The notes beneath the pieces are model-generated. The model was not told the origin of the DNA. It saw only the letters and a program-made list of their open reading frames with translations, and ran no database searches. Positions 1 to 10,552 of a DNA stretch of 64,000 bases are shown one piece after another. The stretch lies in NCBI GenBank assembly GCA_963776315.1, contig CAVZMJ010000004.1, positions 88,298 to 152,297 of the forward strand, in the 5' to 3' direction. Position numbers and translations under genes: made by a program. Origin of the DNA: an uncultured Acidobacteriota bacterium. GTDB taxonomy: Bacteria > Acidobacteriota > Vicinamibacteria > Vicinamibacterales > 2-12-FULL-66-21. Each line of letters opens with the position of its first letter. The stretch's first letter is position 1.

Positions 1-76
1 GAGGCGCCTGCGCGGCGGGCGGGGCGGCCCCGCCGGGCGCCACCCGCTCAACGCGTCAACTCACGTGGCTTAGGGT

Positions 77-148
77 TCAGTCTGTCCTCAACGCGACCAT
101 CGGATCGAGGCGCGCGGCGCCCTGCGATCGCCTTCGCCTGCCTTTGAG
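77..148 (-). pseudogene. 3' remnant of an ADOP/FtsX-type permease gene; only the C-terminal tail is recognisable
   Basis: The minus-strand ORF ends in 'AARLDPMVALRTD*'. This matches the C-termini of the two intact permeases here ('RAARVDPMVALRHD*', 'RASAVDPMVVLRND*'). No permease-like sequence lies upstream, and the plus-strand DUF4062 gene occupies that space. Confidence 0.35.
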
Positions 149-178
149 GTACCCTTCGGTTGCCGAGGACGGCGCGAC

Positions 179-3100
179 ATGGCGAAGACGTCCAACACCA
201 CGACAGTCGGCGAGCCGATCGTGTTCATCTCGTCGACCTCCGAAGACCTGCGTGCCTTCCGCGCGGCGGCCGAGCACGCGGCCAAGCTGGCTGGCTTCCG
301 GCCCGAGATGATGGAGTACTTCGGGGCGAGCGGACGGCCTAGCCTCGACGAGTGCCTGCAGCGCGTGTCACGCGCGCACGTCGTGGTCGCTATCACCGCG
401 CATCGCTATGGCTGGATCCCCGAGAGCCAGCCCCCTCCGGGCGGGAAGAGCATCACCTGGCTCGAGTGCGGGCACGCGGACGCCAAGGAAATCGAGGTCC
501 TGCCGCACGTTCTCGACGACCAGGCAGACTGGCCCGTGGAGCACCGAGACCAGTATCGATTGGATCAGGAGCTCCAGCGAGGCGCCGCTACGGCGGAACT
601 GTTGAGCGAGGTTCAGCGCGATCTGACCGGCCTCCGCGACTTCAAGGCCTGGCTCGGAACGCGACCTCGCGCGACGTTCTCGTCGTCGAAGGATCTCGAG
701 ATTCAGGGTACTCGACGCGCTGCACAAGTGGCGGGCACGGCACCCGGAGTTCGCTCCAGTCGCGCCGCCGGAACGAGCGGCAGCGCTTGACAGTCGGCCG
801 ACTGATGTCCCAGTCGCCTATCGCGAGTGGGTCAAGAAGCAGCACGGCGGCGTGGATCTGCTCGGCCTGCAGCTCAAGAAGGGCAGGCCGCCGTCGCTGA
901 GCGCGATCTACGTGCCGCAGACGACCACCGCGGCGGCGCCTCCCGAGGAGCGCCCCGGTCGCAGCGGTCGACGGCGACCAGAGGTCGACGTCGACGTGCC
1001 CGGCCGCGAGCGCGAACGCCACACGCTGGCGCTCAACCGGCTGGCGACCGAGTCGCTGTACGTCTCCGGCGCGCCCGGCACGGGCAAGTCCACGTTCTGC
1101 CGCTGGGTCGCGTGGCTGGTGGCGGAAGGCGCCATGCCCGTCGCTCGACGTGCCGCCGCCGGACGAGTTTGCCGAAGTGCTGGACGACGGGCTGAAGGGC
1201 CGGCTGCCCGTGCTGCTCCGGCTGCGCGAGTTCTGGGAGTACCTGCCGCCGAGAGCCGGCGCGAGCCTGACGGCGTCCGATCTCGAAGATGCGATCGGCC
1301 ACTGGGTGGACAAGAAACGCCCCGATGGCCTCGACTCCGCGCTGCTTCGCGCGCACCTCGCGCACGGCTCGGCGCTGCTCGTGCTCGACGGCATGGACGA
1401 AGTGCCGGTCAGCAGCACGCAGCGGCGCCGGCAAATGGCATCCGCGCCAGCAACTCCTGTCCGCGCTCGCTGACGCGTGCCCGAGCATGGAGCGCGGCGG
1501 GCAATCGGCTGCTGCTGACGAGCCGTCCCTACGGGCTCTCCGGCGGAGCAGGCCGCACACACCACGCTCGGGCCCGCGCCGCTCGCAGCCCCTGCCGCGC
1601 GAGCTGCAGTCGCTGCTGGCGCATCGCTGGTTCGCCGTGCTGTCGGGCGAGCCGCAGGCCGGCGCCGAGACGGCGGCCGATCTCTTCGCCAACATCGACT
1701 CGCAGCCCTGGCTCGTCGAGCTTGCCGCCAACCCGCTCCTCCTCACCGCCATGTGCATCGTCTTCGACGAGGGCAAGCGCCTGCCGCAGGACAAGCACGA
1801 GCTGTACGAGCGCGTCGTGGCCACGGTGCTCTACAGCCGCTATCAGGATCCCGCCGACATCGACAAGGCGAAGCGCGAGCTGGGTGTCATCGCGTACGGC
1901 ATGCACACCGGCGGCGGGCTCGCCGACGGCCGGGCGACGCCCAAGGCCGAAGCGACCTTCCACGAAGTGGAGCGGTGGCTGCAGGACTATCAGGATCGCA
2001 AGGACTACACCGAGCGGGCCGAGGCCGGCGCGTTCGAGGCGCGCGAGGCGCTGCTGTCGCAGAGCGGCCTGTTCCTCTCGACCGCGCGGCGACCGCGCCG
2101 GCTTCACGCACCTGTCGTTTCAGGAGTTCTTCGCCGCGCAGCGCTCGTTCACCGTGGACGAGGCACGGCTCGCCGACGTGTTCCTCGACCGCGCGGCCAC
2201 GCCCGAGTGGCGCAACACGCTGTCGTTTCTGTTCGGACGGCTCGTGGGCATGTTTCCAGAGCCGAAGAAGGCGATCGACTTGCTGGAAGCGCGGCTCGAC
2301 GGCGTCGAGCGCGAGCGACACGGGCCTGCTGATGGTGCTCGCCGACGCCGCGCAGGTGCTCACGGGCAAGGGGATCACGCTGCGGGCCGACGAGTCTCCA
2401 GCGCTTGCAGCGCCTGCTCCTCGAGGCCATGACCGGGTCCGCGCCCATCGCGACACGGGCCGACGTCGGGTTCTGCCCTCGGCCGCCTTGGCGATCCGCG
2501 CTTTCGAGCGGATCGATGGTGGCTGCCGGATGAGGAGCTGCTCGGGTTCATCAAGGTCGAGGCGGGTCCCTTCACGATGGGGAGCGACCCGTCGACAGGA
2601 TCGCATACGCCCAAGACGAGGAACAGCCCCAACACGTCGTCGAGCTGCCGGACTACTACATCGCGCGGTATCCGGTCACGGTCGCGCAGTTCCGAGCGTT
2701 CGTCGAGGACGCGAAGTTTCGAGGTCGGCGACCGGGACTGCCTCCGCGGCGTGCCGAATCATCCGGTGGTTCGGGTGTCGTTGCACGAGGCGCTCGCCTA
2801 CTGCCGCTGGCTGACCGACAAGCTGCGGTCGACGCGAGTCGACGCCGTCGCCGCTGCGCGAGCGGCTGACGCGATGGCTGGGTGATCACGCTGCCGAGCG
2901 AAGCGGAATGGGAGAAGGCGGCGAGAGGGCAGGATGGGCGGATCTATCCCTGGGGCAACGAGTTCGACGCCTCGAATGCCAACGGCTGCGACACCGGGCT
3001 CGGCACGACCAGCGCCGTCGGGCTGTTCCCGGACGGCGCGTCGCCCTGCGGCGCCCTGGACATGAGCGGCAACGTGTGGGAGTGGACGCGGAGCCTGTGG

Positions 3101-3326
3101 GGAGAGGATTTCGACAAGCCGTCTCACGCGTATCCCTACGAGCCACGACGATGCCGAGCGCGAGGATCTCGAGGCTCCAGACACGATCCTGCGGGTGTTG
3201 CGTGGCGGGTCGTTCAGCGCTACGCTCGAGCACTACCTGCGCGCCGCCTACCGCGGCAGGTACGCCCCCGGCGACCGCGACGACGACGTCGGTTTTCGGG
3301 TGGTGTCCTCCCGTCTTCGCCCTTGA
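179..3326 (+). pseudogene. DUF4062-like N-domain, NACHT-type STAND NTPase and FGE/SUMF1-like C-domain; readable only across more than 10 frame changes
   Basis: N-terminus 'IVFISSTSEDL...VVVAITAHRYGW' is DUF4062-like. P-loop 'GAPGTGKST' at 1068-1094 and Walker B 'LLVLDGMDEV' at 1375-1404. NACHT-type strings 'NRLLLTSRP', 'NPLLLTAMCIVF' and 'FTHLSFQEFFAA'. FGE-type strings 'YYIARYPVTVAQF', 'HPVVRVSLHEALAYCRWL', '[15 protein letters not shown]', 'MSGNVWEWT', 'LRGGSF' and 'DDDVGFRVV'. These pieces lie in all three plus frames. Confidence 0.75.
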
Positions 3327-3439
3327 TCCTCTGATCTCTGGCGTCTCTGGACTCTGATCGCGCGCGCAGCCTCGAGGGTGGAGACGCCGGCTGGCCCGAG
3401 TTGAACGCGGTCGCCCCTAGTCGTCATCCTGCACCGAGC

Positions 3440-4927
3440 TCAACCCCCTCGCCATCCACGACCGCCGCAGCGTCGTGACGACCAGCACGAGCAGTCACGA
3501 CCAGGATCGCTGCGGTCAGCGGTCGAGTCACAAAGATTGACGAGCGACCCGTCGGACAGGATCAGCGACTGTTTGAGCGAGGTCTCGAGCGTCGGCGTCA
3601 GCACCGACGCCAGGACGACCGGGGCGAGGGGAAAGCCGGTCTTCCGCAGGGCGTAGCCGATGATCCCGAAGAGCACCGCCATCCAGACATCGAACAGCAG
3701 GTAGCGAACGCTGTAGGCGCCGATCACCGAGCACAGAAGGATGATCGGACCGAGGATCGGAAACGGAATCAGCGCGATGCGCGCCCACAACCCGACGAGC
3801 GGCAGGTTGAGCGCGAGCAGGATGACATTCCCCACGTACATGCTGGCAATCACCGTCCACACGAACTGTGGATTCTCCTGGAACAGCCGCGGGCCCGGCT
3901 GAAGCCCGAACATCAGGAGCGCCCCCAGGAGCACGGCGAGTGGCGGACTGGACGGGATACCGAACGCGAACAGCGGCACGAAGCCGCCGCTGCAGGTCGC
4001 ATTGTTGGCGCCTTCCGCGGCCACCACGCCCTGCATCGCGCCGCGGCCGAACCGCGACGGGTCCTTTGCGAGGCGCTTCTCGACGTCGTACGCGATGAAC
4101 GTGGTGACGGCCGGGCTGAACCCGGGCAACAGGCCCAGCGCGAAACCGATGCCGGATGCGCGCACCATGGTTCCCATGCTCTCCCGCAGATCCTCGCGCG
4201 TGGGAAGCCAGGTCCCCAGTTTCCTGGTGTCGTAGATGTGCCGCACCGACTGCTCGACGTTGACGAGCAGCTCGCTGATGGCAAACAGGCCGATGACGAC
4301 GCTGACGAAGTTGATCCCGGCCATGAGCGTGACGGATCCGAACGTCAGCCGCCTCAAGCCGGTGACGGGATCGAGGCCGATCGTCGCCGTCAGGACACCG
4401 ATGACCAGCGCGACTGCGCCTTTGACGAGGGCCCGGTCCGACAAACTCACGGCGAGGATCATCGACATCACCATGAGCGCAAAATACTCGGGCGGTCCGA
4501 AGGCCAGCGCGACGCCGGCCAGAAGCGGCGCACAGACGGTGAGGCCGATGAGGCTGAGCGTTCCGGCGACGAACGACGAGATCGCAGCCATCCCGAGCGC
4601 CGCCCCGGCCCTCCCTTGCTTCGCCAGCTCGTATCCATCGATCGCCGTGGGCACCGACGAGGCTTCGCCAGGAATATTGACGACGATCGCCGTCGTCGAG
4701 CCGCCGTACATCGCGCCGTAGTAGACGGCGGCCATCATGATGATGGCGGACGTCGGCGGGAGCACGGTGGTCAGCGGCAGAAGGATCGCGATGCCGGACG
4801 TGGGACCGATCCCCGGGAGGACGCCGATGAGGGTGCCCACGAGACACCCGACGAGCGCATAGAGCAGGTTCTCGGGTGTGACCGCCTGTGCGAAGCCGTG
4901 TGCAAGGAGATCGAGCGACACAGACAT
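3440..4927 (-). CDS. tctA: Tripartite tricarboxylate transporter large permease TctA
   Basis: 495-aa polytopic ORF whose N-terminus 'LLYALVGCLVGTLIGVLPGIGP' is typical of TctA. It sits in an operon with tctB and tctC. The last ~30 codons look frame-shifted: 'IFVTRPLTAAILVV...LLVLVVTTLRR' reads in other frames, so the true end is about 3417-3440. Confidence 0.85.
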   Translation of the reverse strand: MSVSLDLLAHGFAQAVTPENLLYALVGCLVGTLIGVLPGIGPTSGIAILLPLTTVLPPTSAIIMMAAVYYGAMYGGSTTAIVVNIPGEASSVPTAIDGYELAKQGRAGAALGMAAISSFVAGTLSLIGLTVCAPLLAGVALAFGPPEYFALMVMSMILAVSLSDRALVKGAVALVIGVLTATIGLDPVTGLRRLTFGSVTLMAGINFVSVVIGLFAISELLVNVEQSVRHIYDTRKLGTWLPTREDLRESMGTMVRASGIGFALGLLPGFSPAVTTFIAYDVEKRLAKDPSRFGRGAMQGVVAAEGANNATCSGGFVPLFAFGIPSSPPLAVLLGALLMFGLQPGPRLFQENPQFVWTVIASMYVGNVILLALNLPLVGLWARIALIPFPILGPIILLCSVIGAYSVRYLLFDVWMAVLFGIIGYALRKTGFPLAPVVLASVLTPTLETSLKQSLILSDGSLVNLCDSTADRSDPGRDCSCWSSRRCGGRGWRGG

Positions 4928-4946
4928 GTGCGGTGCAGTCTCTCGA

Positions 4947-5410
4947 TCAGTAGTCGAAGGGACCCGACGGGAACGTCAGGCCGAGGGCGCGCATGAAGAG
5001 AAAGTAGACGACCGCTGCGGAGACCAGCCCGGCTGCGACCGGAGTGTGCCAGCGATAGTTGCCCAGGTACCAGACCTCGAACGAGACGACCAGGAACGTC
5101 GAGATCGGCATACCGAGGACGTCAATCGACAGCACGTACGCTGCGATGCTGGCCAGCATGATGGCGACACGGATGGCTCCATGTCGGTCGGGCCATTCGA
5201 CAGTCACCTGCGCCGGCGTTCGGAAGGCCGTCAAGGCGAGCCCTCCGCCCGCCACGATGAGCAGCCACCCGACGAGCGAGGGAAACAGCTTGGGCTGGAA
5301 CGGCGCCGCGAGTCCGACACGCATCTGGCTCACACCGACGAGGACGGCCAGGCCGAGCAGGCAGAGAGTGCCGCTCGCGACGGAGTTCCGCCAGTCGAAG
5401 AGAGCGCCAT
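4947..5410 (-). CDS. tctB: Tripartite tricarboxylate transporter small permease TctB; N-terminus needs one frame change near 5395
   Basis: Small 4-TM ORF between tctC and tctA. An ATG at 5410 lies 18 nt after the tctC stop. 'FDWRNSVASGTLCLLGLAVLVG' continues in frame with the 128-aa track ORF. Confidence 0.7.
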
Positions 5411-5428
5411 CTCATCGTTCGCCGTCCG

Positions 5429-6373
5429 TCAGTGCCGTTCGAGGTCGTTGAGCAGCTGTTTGTAGTACTGCGTCCGCTCGGCGATGTACGTCGCCGCTTC
5501 CTGGCTGCCCATCGCAAGCGGGACGAACCCGTCGCGCACCTGCGCATGCTGGATGGCCGGATCGTTGGCGATCTGCAGGAAGACCGATTCGAGCTTGCTG
5601 ACGACCGCCTCTGGTGTTCCCCTGGGCACGGCGACTCCGCGATCCACGGTCGCCACGAGATCGAGCCCGAGCTCGCGAAACGTCGGTACATCCGGGAGGG
5701 CGGGGAAACGAGTCTCGGTGGCAATCGCCAGGATGCGCATGCGGTCGCGATACCTGGTGAGCTCGTCCGAGAACGCGAAGTTCGCCGTCGTGTGCCCGCC
5801 GAGGAATGCCGTGATGGCGGCAGCACCGCCCGAGAAGGGCACGTACTTCGTTCGTGCACCGGTCAGCCGATCGAGACGCGCGGCGGCCAGATGAGCGGCC
5901 GAGAACGTTCCTGAGCTGCCGATGGAGATCGTGCCGGGACTGGCCTTCGCGGCCCGGACGAAGGCGTCCAGTGTTTGGTATGGACTGTCCAACGCGACGG
6001 CGAGGGCGATCGGCGTGCGCTGGAAGAACACGATGGGGAAGAGCTGATTGGTCTCGTAGCCGGTGTCCTGCTGGAGGGGTTGCAGGATCACGTTCGGGAC
6101 ATTGATCCCCACGATGAGATACCCGTCGGGCCTGGATCGCGCAGCCTCGGACCACGCGAGCGCCCCACCCCCTCCGGCCTTGTAGTCGATGACCACCGTG
6201 CGCCCGAGGTATTGCTGGAGGAGCGGCTGCTGGCGCCGCGCCTCGCGGTCGGACTGGCCGCCGGGATCGAACCCGATGAGGTAGGTGACGTTGCGGGTCG
6301 GGTAGCTCGCAGCACTTTGATTGCCGCACGCCGCCACCATCAGAATGACGATCACGGTTGCGGCGATCCGCAT
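5429..6373 (-). CDS. tctC: Tripartite tricarboxylate transporter substrate-binding protein TctC (Bug family); lipoprotein-like signal
   Basis: 314 aa with signal peptide 'VILMVAACG' and Bug/TctC-like strings 'DYKAGGGGALAW' and 'VPFSGGAAAITAFLGGH'. It is first in the tctCBA order. Confidence 0.85.
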   Translation of the reverse strand: MRIAATVIVILMVAACGNQSAASYPTRNVTYLIGFDPGGQSDREARRQQPLLQQYLGRTVVIDYKAGGGGALAWSEAARSRPDGYLIVGINVPNVILQPLQQDTGYETNQLFPIVFFQRTPIALAVALDSPYQTLDAFVRAAKASPGTISIGSSGTFSAAHLAAARLDRLTGARTKYVPFSGGAAAITAFLGGHTTANFAFSDELTRYRDRMRILAIATETRFPALPDVPTFRELGLDLVATVDRGVAVPRGTPEAVVSKLESVFLQIANDPAIQHAQVRDGFVPLAMGSQEAATYIAERTQYYKQLLNDLERH

Positions 6374-6469
6374 GTGAGTTCAGCGCATAGTACTCGAAAT
6401 CAGAAAAACCTCGTGCTCGGCGTTCAGGATGTCCCACCGCCGCGTTCACGACCGGCCCATCCACGACGC

Positions 6470-9199
6470 TCAGTCATGTCTCAGCGCGACCATCGGATCC
6501 ACGCGGGCGGCACGGACCGCCGGCAGGTAGGCGGCAACGCCCGCGACGGTGGTCAGCACGAACACTGCGCCGATCATCGTCACGGGATCGGTGGTGGTCA
6601 GGCCGAAGAGGAGGCCCGACACCTGGCTCGACGCCAGACGTCCGGTCAGCAAGGCGATCGGCACCCCGACGATGAGGCCGATGCTCACGAGGAGCAGCGC
6701 TTCCCGCAGGATCATCCGTACGACGGTCGGCCTGGCCGCGCCGAGCGCCATGCGCAGGCCCATTTCGCCCGTTCTTTGCACGACCGAAAATGCCATGAGG
6801 CCGTAGAGACCCACAGCGGCGAGCAGGAGCGCGACAACACCGAAGAGGGTCGACAGAGTCGCGACGAGGCGTTCCCGGCTGAGGAGGCCATTCATGTGAT
6901 CGCCGAGCGTCTGAATGGCGAAGAGCGGCATGTCCTTGTCAATCCGCTGAACCTCTTCTCGGATTCTGGACACGACGCCCGCTGAATCGTCCGCGACGCG
7001 GACGTGGAGGGTCATCTGCCCACGGCCGGTCTGGGTCTGAAGAAACGGCTGGTACATGAGCGGTGGCGTATCTTCTTTGAGGCTGGCGTATTTCGTATCC
7101 TTCACGACGCCGATGATCTCCCGGACCCGCTCTCCACGCTCGACGGCGATCCGCTTGCCGATCGGGTTCTCGCCGCCCATGATCTGCCGCACGAACGCCT
7201 CGTTGACCACGCCGACGAGCGGCGCGCTCTCGTCAAGGTCCCGTTCCGAGAAGTCACGCCCCGCACGCAGCGTGAGATTCATCGTCGCAAAATAATTCGG
7301 GTAGACCATCATCTGCGGTACGCGCTGAAAGGTACCGTCGGCGAGCTGGACAGGCCCTGAGTAGCCAACGCGGCTGGTCGGACTGTAGTGCGCGAGGCTG
7401 GCGGCTCGTACTCCGGGGATCGACTCGACCCGCTGGAGGAGATCGCGATAGATCCGGTCGAGCCGCTCGGACGTACCAGGAACGCCCCGCTGGTCGCTGC
7501 CTCTCGGTTCGATTCGGACGATGAGCACCGTGTCGCGATCGAAGCCGGCATCCTGGCCGTCGAGCGTCTGCAGGCTGCGGATGAACAACCCGGCGCCGAA
7601 CAGGAGCACCAGGCACAGGGCCACCTGTGAGACGACGAGAATCCTGCCGGGCCTGAGCCAGTGATTGCCACCGATCGACCCGCGTGCCTGACCCTTGATG
7701 CCGGAGACCACGTCGACGCGGGACGCTCTCAATGCGGGCACGAGACCGCACATCACACCAGTGAGAGTCGAGACGACGGCAGTGAACGCGAGGATCCTCG
7801 TATTGGGCTCGAGCCCGAGCACGATTGGCGTCCTGCCCGACGACATGAACGTCACGAGGATGCCGGTCGCCCACCTGGCGAGCAGCAGGCCGCCGCAGCC
7901 CCCGATGGCGGCGAGGATCACGTTCTCGACCAGCAGTTGACGGACGAGCCTCCAGCGGCTGGCGCCGAGGGCCAGGCGCATCGAGAACTCCGGCAAGCGC
8001 GACGCGGAGCGGGCGAGCACGAGGTTGGCGACGTTCGCGCAGGCAATCAGCAGGACGACCGCGACGACAGCCATCAGGATGAGGAGCGGCTGGGAGAACT
8101 GCTGCCGCAGGCTCGAGATGCCTGTTGCGGCCGGGCTGAGCCCCAGTTGCTCGGGAATCAGTTGCGGGCGCTCACCGCGATTGGCGGGCTTGGTCATCAG
8201 CGGATCGAGCACGTCGAGACCAGCCAATATCGATTGAGCCTGTGGGAGTGTGTAATCAGGTTTCACCCGTCCGACGAGCGTGAGCCAGAAGTTGCGAGAC
8301 ATGTGCTCGCCCAGCCAGTTTTCGGCGGCTGGCATCACGGTCGGCTGCATCATCAGCGGCACCCAGATGTCCGTCGCCCGTCCGACCTCGAGCCCGAAGA
8401 ACTCCCGCGGCGCGACACCGATGATCGTGAACGGTGTTCCGGACACATGGATCGTCCGGCCGACGACCATGCGGTCGAGCCCAAACCGTCGCCTCCAGTA
8501 GCCGTGACTGATGACGGCCACCGGATGTCCGTTCGGATTCACGTCGTCGGCTTCACCGATGGTCCGTCCCACGACGGCATCGACGCCGAGGAGGGGAAAG
8601 TAGGTGCCCGAGACCAGCTGTCCTTCGGCTGTCGGCTCGGTGCTGCCGTCCACGCTGACGTTGAGCCGGGTCGTGCCATAGGCCGCGACGTCGACGAACA
8701 CCGGGCTTGCGGCGCGAAGCCGGCGGAACTCCGGATAGTCGAATCCGCGCGTGTCCCCGCTCGCCTGGCGCGGGACGACGAGCTGCAGGCCGGCCGGATC
8801 GCGGACGGGCAACATGCGAAGCAGCACCGCATCGATAAGGCTGAAGATGGCCGTATTGGCGCCGATGCCGAGGGCCAATGAGATCACGACGACGAGCGCG
8901 AAGCCGGGTCTGCGGCGAAGTTGGCGCAGGCCGTAGGAAACGTCCTGGGCGGTCGATTCGAGCACGGCCACGCCGCGCGCCTCGCGGCATTCTTCCTTGA
9001 CCTGCTCGACTCCGCCGATCGCGAGTCTGGCGCGCCGCAAGGCCTCGTCTCGAGGCACGCCGGCCGCGACAAGCTTCGCGGCATGTTGTTCGCAGTGAAA
9101 CTGCAGCTCCGCGGCGAGCTCGTTCTCCATCGGCTTGCGACGGAAGATCGCGCGCAGCCGGTACTTGAGGTCGCTGAACATGCTCGACATGCTCGGCAA
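6470..9199 (-). CDS. ADOP-family duplicated FtsX/MacB-like permease
   Basis: 909 aa. The N-terminal leader 'LKYRLRAIFRRKPMENELAAELQFH...' and the tail 'RAARVDPMVALRHD' are typical of acidobacterial duplicated orphan permeases. It has two FtsX-type TM blocks and sits 10 nt downstream of padR. Confidence 0.85.
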   Translation of the reverse strand: MPSMSSMFSDLKYRLRAIFRRKPMENELAAELQFHCEQHAAKLVAAGVPRDEALRRARLAIGGVEQVKEECREARGVAVLESTAQDVSYGLRQLRRRPGFALVVVISLALGIGANTAIFSLIDAVLLRMLPVRDPAGLQLVVPRQASGDTRGFDYPEFRRLRAASPVFVDVAAYGTTRLNVSVDGSTEPTAEGQLVSGTYFPLLGVDAVVGRTIGEADDVNPNGHPVAVISHGYWRRRFGLDRMVVGRTIHVSGTPFTIIGVAPREFFGLEVGRATDIWVPLMMQPTVMPAAENWLGEHMSRNFWLTLVGRVKPDYTLPQAQSILAGLDVLDPLMTKPANRGERPQLIPEQLGLSPAATGISSLRQQFSQPLLILMAVVAVVLLIACANVANLVLARSASRLPEFSMRLALGASRWRLVRQLLVENVILAAIGGCGGLLLARWATGILVTFMSSGRTPIVLGLEPNTRILAFTAVVSTLTGVMCGLVPALRASRVDVVSGIKGQARGSIGGNHWLRPGRILVVSQVALCLVLLFGAGLFIRSLQTLDGQDAGFDRDTVLIVRIEPRGSDQRGVPGTSERLDRIYRDLLQRVESIPGVRAASLAHYSPTSRVGYSGPVQLADGTFQRVPQMMVYPNYFATMNLTLRAGRDFSERDLDESAPLVGVVNEAFVRQIMGGENPIGKRIAVERGERVREIIGVVKDTKYASLKEDTPPLMYQPFLQTQTGRGQMTLHVRVADDSAGVVSRIREEVQRIDKDMPLFAIQTLGDHMNGLLSRERLVATLSTLFGVVALLLAAVGLYGLMAFSVVQRTGEMGLRMALGAARPTVVRMILREALLLVSIGLIVGVPIALLTGRLASSQVSGLLFGLTTTDPVTMIGAVFVLTTVAGVAAYLPAVRAARVDPMVALRHD

Positions 9200-9208
9200 G
9201 GTGCCTCC

Positions 9209-9541
9209 TCAGGCGATGTCCAGTATCTGGCCGATCGTGAGGGACAGCGTCCGCCAGTCCGCGGTCTCGGTCTCGAGTTGCGTGCGGCCCGCCCGTGTCA
9301 GCTCGTAGTACTTGGCATTGCGGTTGTTGTCCGACGGCGCCCACTCGGCCTCGATCCAGCCTCGTCGCTCGAGCCGGTGCAGGGCGGGGTAGAGCGACCC
9401 TTGCTGAACCTGCACGACGCCCGTTGAGATCTGGTCCAATCGCTCGGAGATCGCCCAACCGTGCTGCGGGCCGAGTGACAGAACCTTGAGGATCAGCAGA
9501 TCGAGCGTGCCCTGCGGCAGGACTATCCGTTTCTCTGCCAT
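9209..9541 (-). CDS. PadR-family transcriptional regulator
   Basis: 110-aa winged-helix protein with 'LDLLILKVLSLGPQHGWAISERL...GSLYPALHRLERRGWI'. This is the classic PadR partner upstream of ADOP permeases. Confidence 0.9.
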   Translation of the reverse strand: MAEKRIVLPQGTLDLLILKVLSLGPQHGWAISERLDQISTGVVQVQQGSLYPALHRLERRGWIEAEWAPSDNNRNAKYYELTRAGRTQLETETADWRTLSLTIGQILDIA

Positions 9542-9561
9542 GTCTGGCTACTCCCCTATTG

Positions 9562-9594
9562 CTTCGACAAAAGATACCCCTCTTTATGTCGAAG
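9562..9594. promoter_or_regulatory. Inverted repeat CTTCGACA-N17-TGTCGAAG in the padR 5' region; candidate operator
   Basis: Perfect 8-bp arms at 9562-9569 and 9587-9594, 21 nt upstream of the padR start. It lies in the divergent region shared with the Xre/RES pair. Confidence 0.3.
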
Positions 9595-9654
9595 CGCAAG
9601 GGGAGCCACTGGAAACCGACTGAGCCTTGACGCTTCTTACATAAGCATGATAAG

Positions 9655-10533
9655 TTGACATTACGTATGACGACCATGACATCGCCAGGCATGACCGTGT
9701 TGGTCGCGACTGGACGACCGGTCGCACCGGGGCTCGCTGACAGCATTCGCGCGACACTCGTCGTCGAGCTCGAGATCGACCGGGTGCTGGGCCGGGCGAA
9801 GACCGTTCAGCCCGACGTGATCGTGATTGATGCCGCTCTGGTTGAGATCAACTGCGGGGAATTCATCGCGGCGCTCAAGACGGTCGCGCCAGCGGCGGAG
9901 CTGATCATCACCCACTCGGTCGACACGCGTCTCGAGCAGATCCTGACCCCGCGACGTCGGCTGCCGAGGCGTGCCGCGCTGGCCGCTCTGGCAGACGTCT
10001 TCGAGCACATGGGACTGAGCCAGGCCGAGGTCCGCGATGTCGCCAACGCGTTCTGCGGAGCTGCACGCCTCACGCTTCAACCGTCAGTGGAGGATCGCGA
10101 GATCGCCGAACGGATCGCGGGCCCTGCGCCGGGGCCGGGCGCGCGCGCGCGTCTGGAGCTCGAGGGGCTCGAGCGCTACTTTGGTGCGCGGCGTCAGGTG
10201 CTCGAGGGCAGCCTCTCCACCGAGCAAGTGGCCTCGCTGCTCGGCACGTCCAGGCAGACCCCACACGATCGCGTGCGCGCGCGAACCTTGCTGGCCGTGC
10301 AGGACGGTGGACGGCTGCGCTTCCCCCCGTGGCAGTTCGATCCGGAAGCCGATGACGGCGTGGTGGGAGGCTTGCCCCAGGTGCTGCGTGCCATGCGCGT
10401 GAGCCCGCTCGCGGCCGCGCGGTGGTTGACGCGAGGGAATCCGGTCCTCGAGGGTAGGGCGCCGCTCGAAGCGCTCCGCGCCGGAGAAGTGCGCCGCGTC
10501 GTAGCGGAAGCGGCCGGTCTGGGCCCGGACTGA
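9655..10533 (+). CDS. Xre/ParS/MbcA-type antitoxin (HTH plus DUF2384-like C-domain) with an extra N-terminal receiver-like domain
   Basis: The C-terminal half 'LSTEQVASLLGTSRQTPHDRVRARTLLAV...RFPPWQF...WLTRGNPVLEGRAPLEALRAG' fits the antitoxin partner of RES toxins. The N-terminus 'TVLVATG...QPDVIVIDAAL...FIAALK...ELIITHS' resembles a degenerate REC fold. The start is uncertain (9655 TTG or the ATGs at 9667 and 9691). Confidence 0.6.
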   Translation: MTLRMTTMTSPGMTVLVATGRPVAPGLADSIRATLVVELEIDRVLGRAKTVQPDVIVIDAALVEINCGEFIAALKTVAPAAELIITHSVDTRLEQILTPRRRLPRRAALAALADVFEHMGLSQAEVRDVANAFCGAARLTLQPSVEDREIAERIAGPAPGPGARARLELEGLERYFGARRQVLEGSLSTEQVASLLGTSRQTPHDRVRARTLLAVQDGGRLRFPPWQFDPEADDGVVGGLPQVLRAMRVSPLAAARWLTRGNPVLEGRAPLEALRAGEVRRVVAEAAGLGPD

Positions 10534-10552
10534 ATCGCTCGTCCAGAGACGC

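Noticed and set aside
2560-3326. A functional link between the FGE/SUMF1-like domain and the formylglycine-dependent sulfatase at 36378-37781
   Set aside because: The FGE-like region is the C-terminal module of a STAND NTPase, a recurrent sensor-type fusion. It is 33 kb away, on a broken gene, and in no shared operon, so there is no evidence that it matures the sulfatase.
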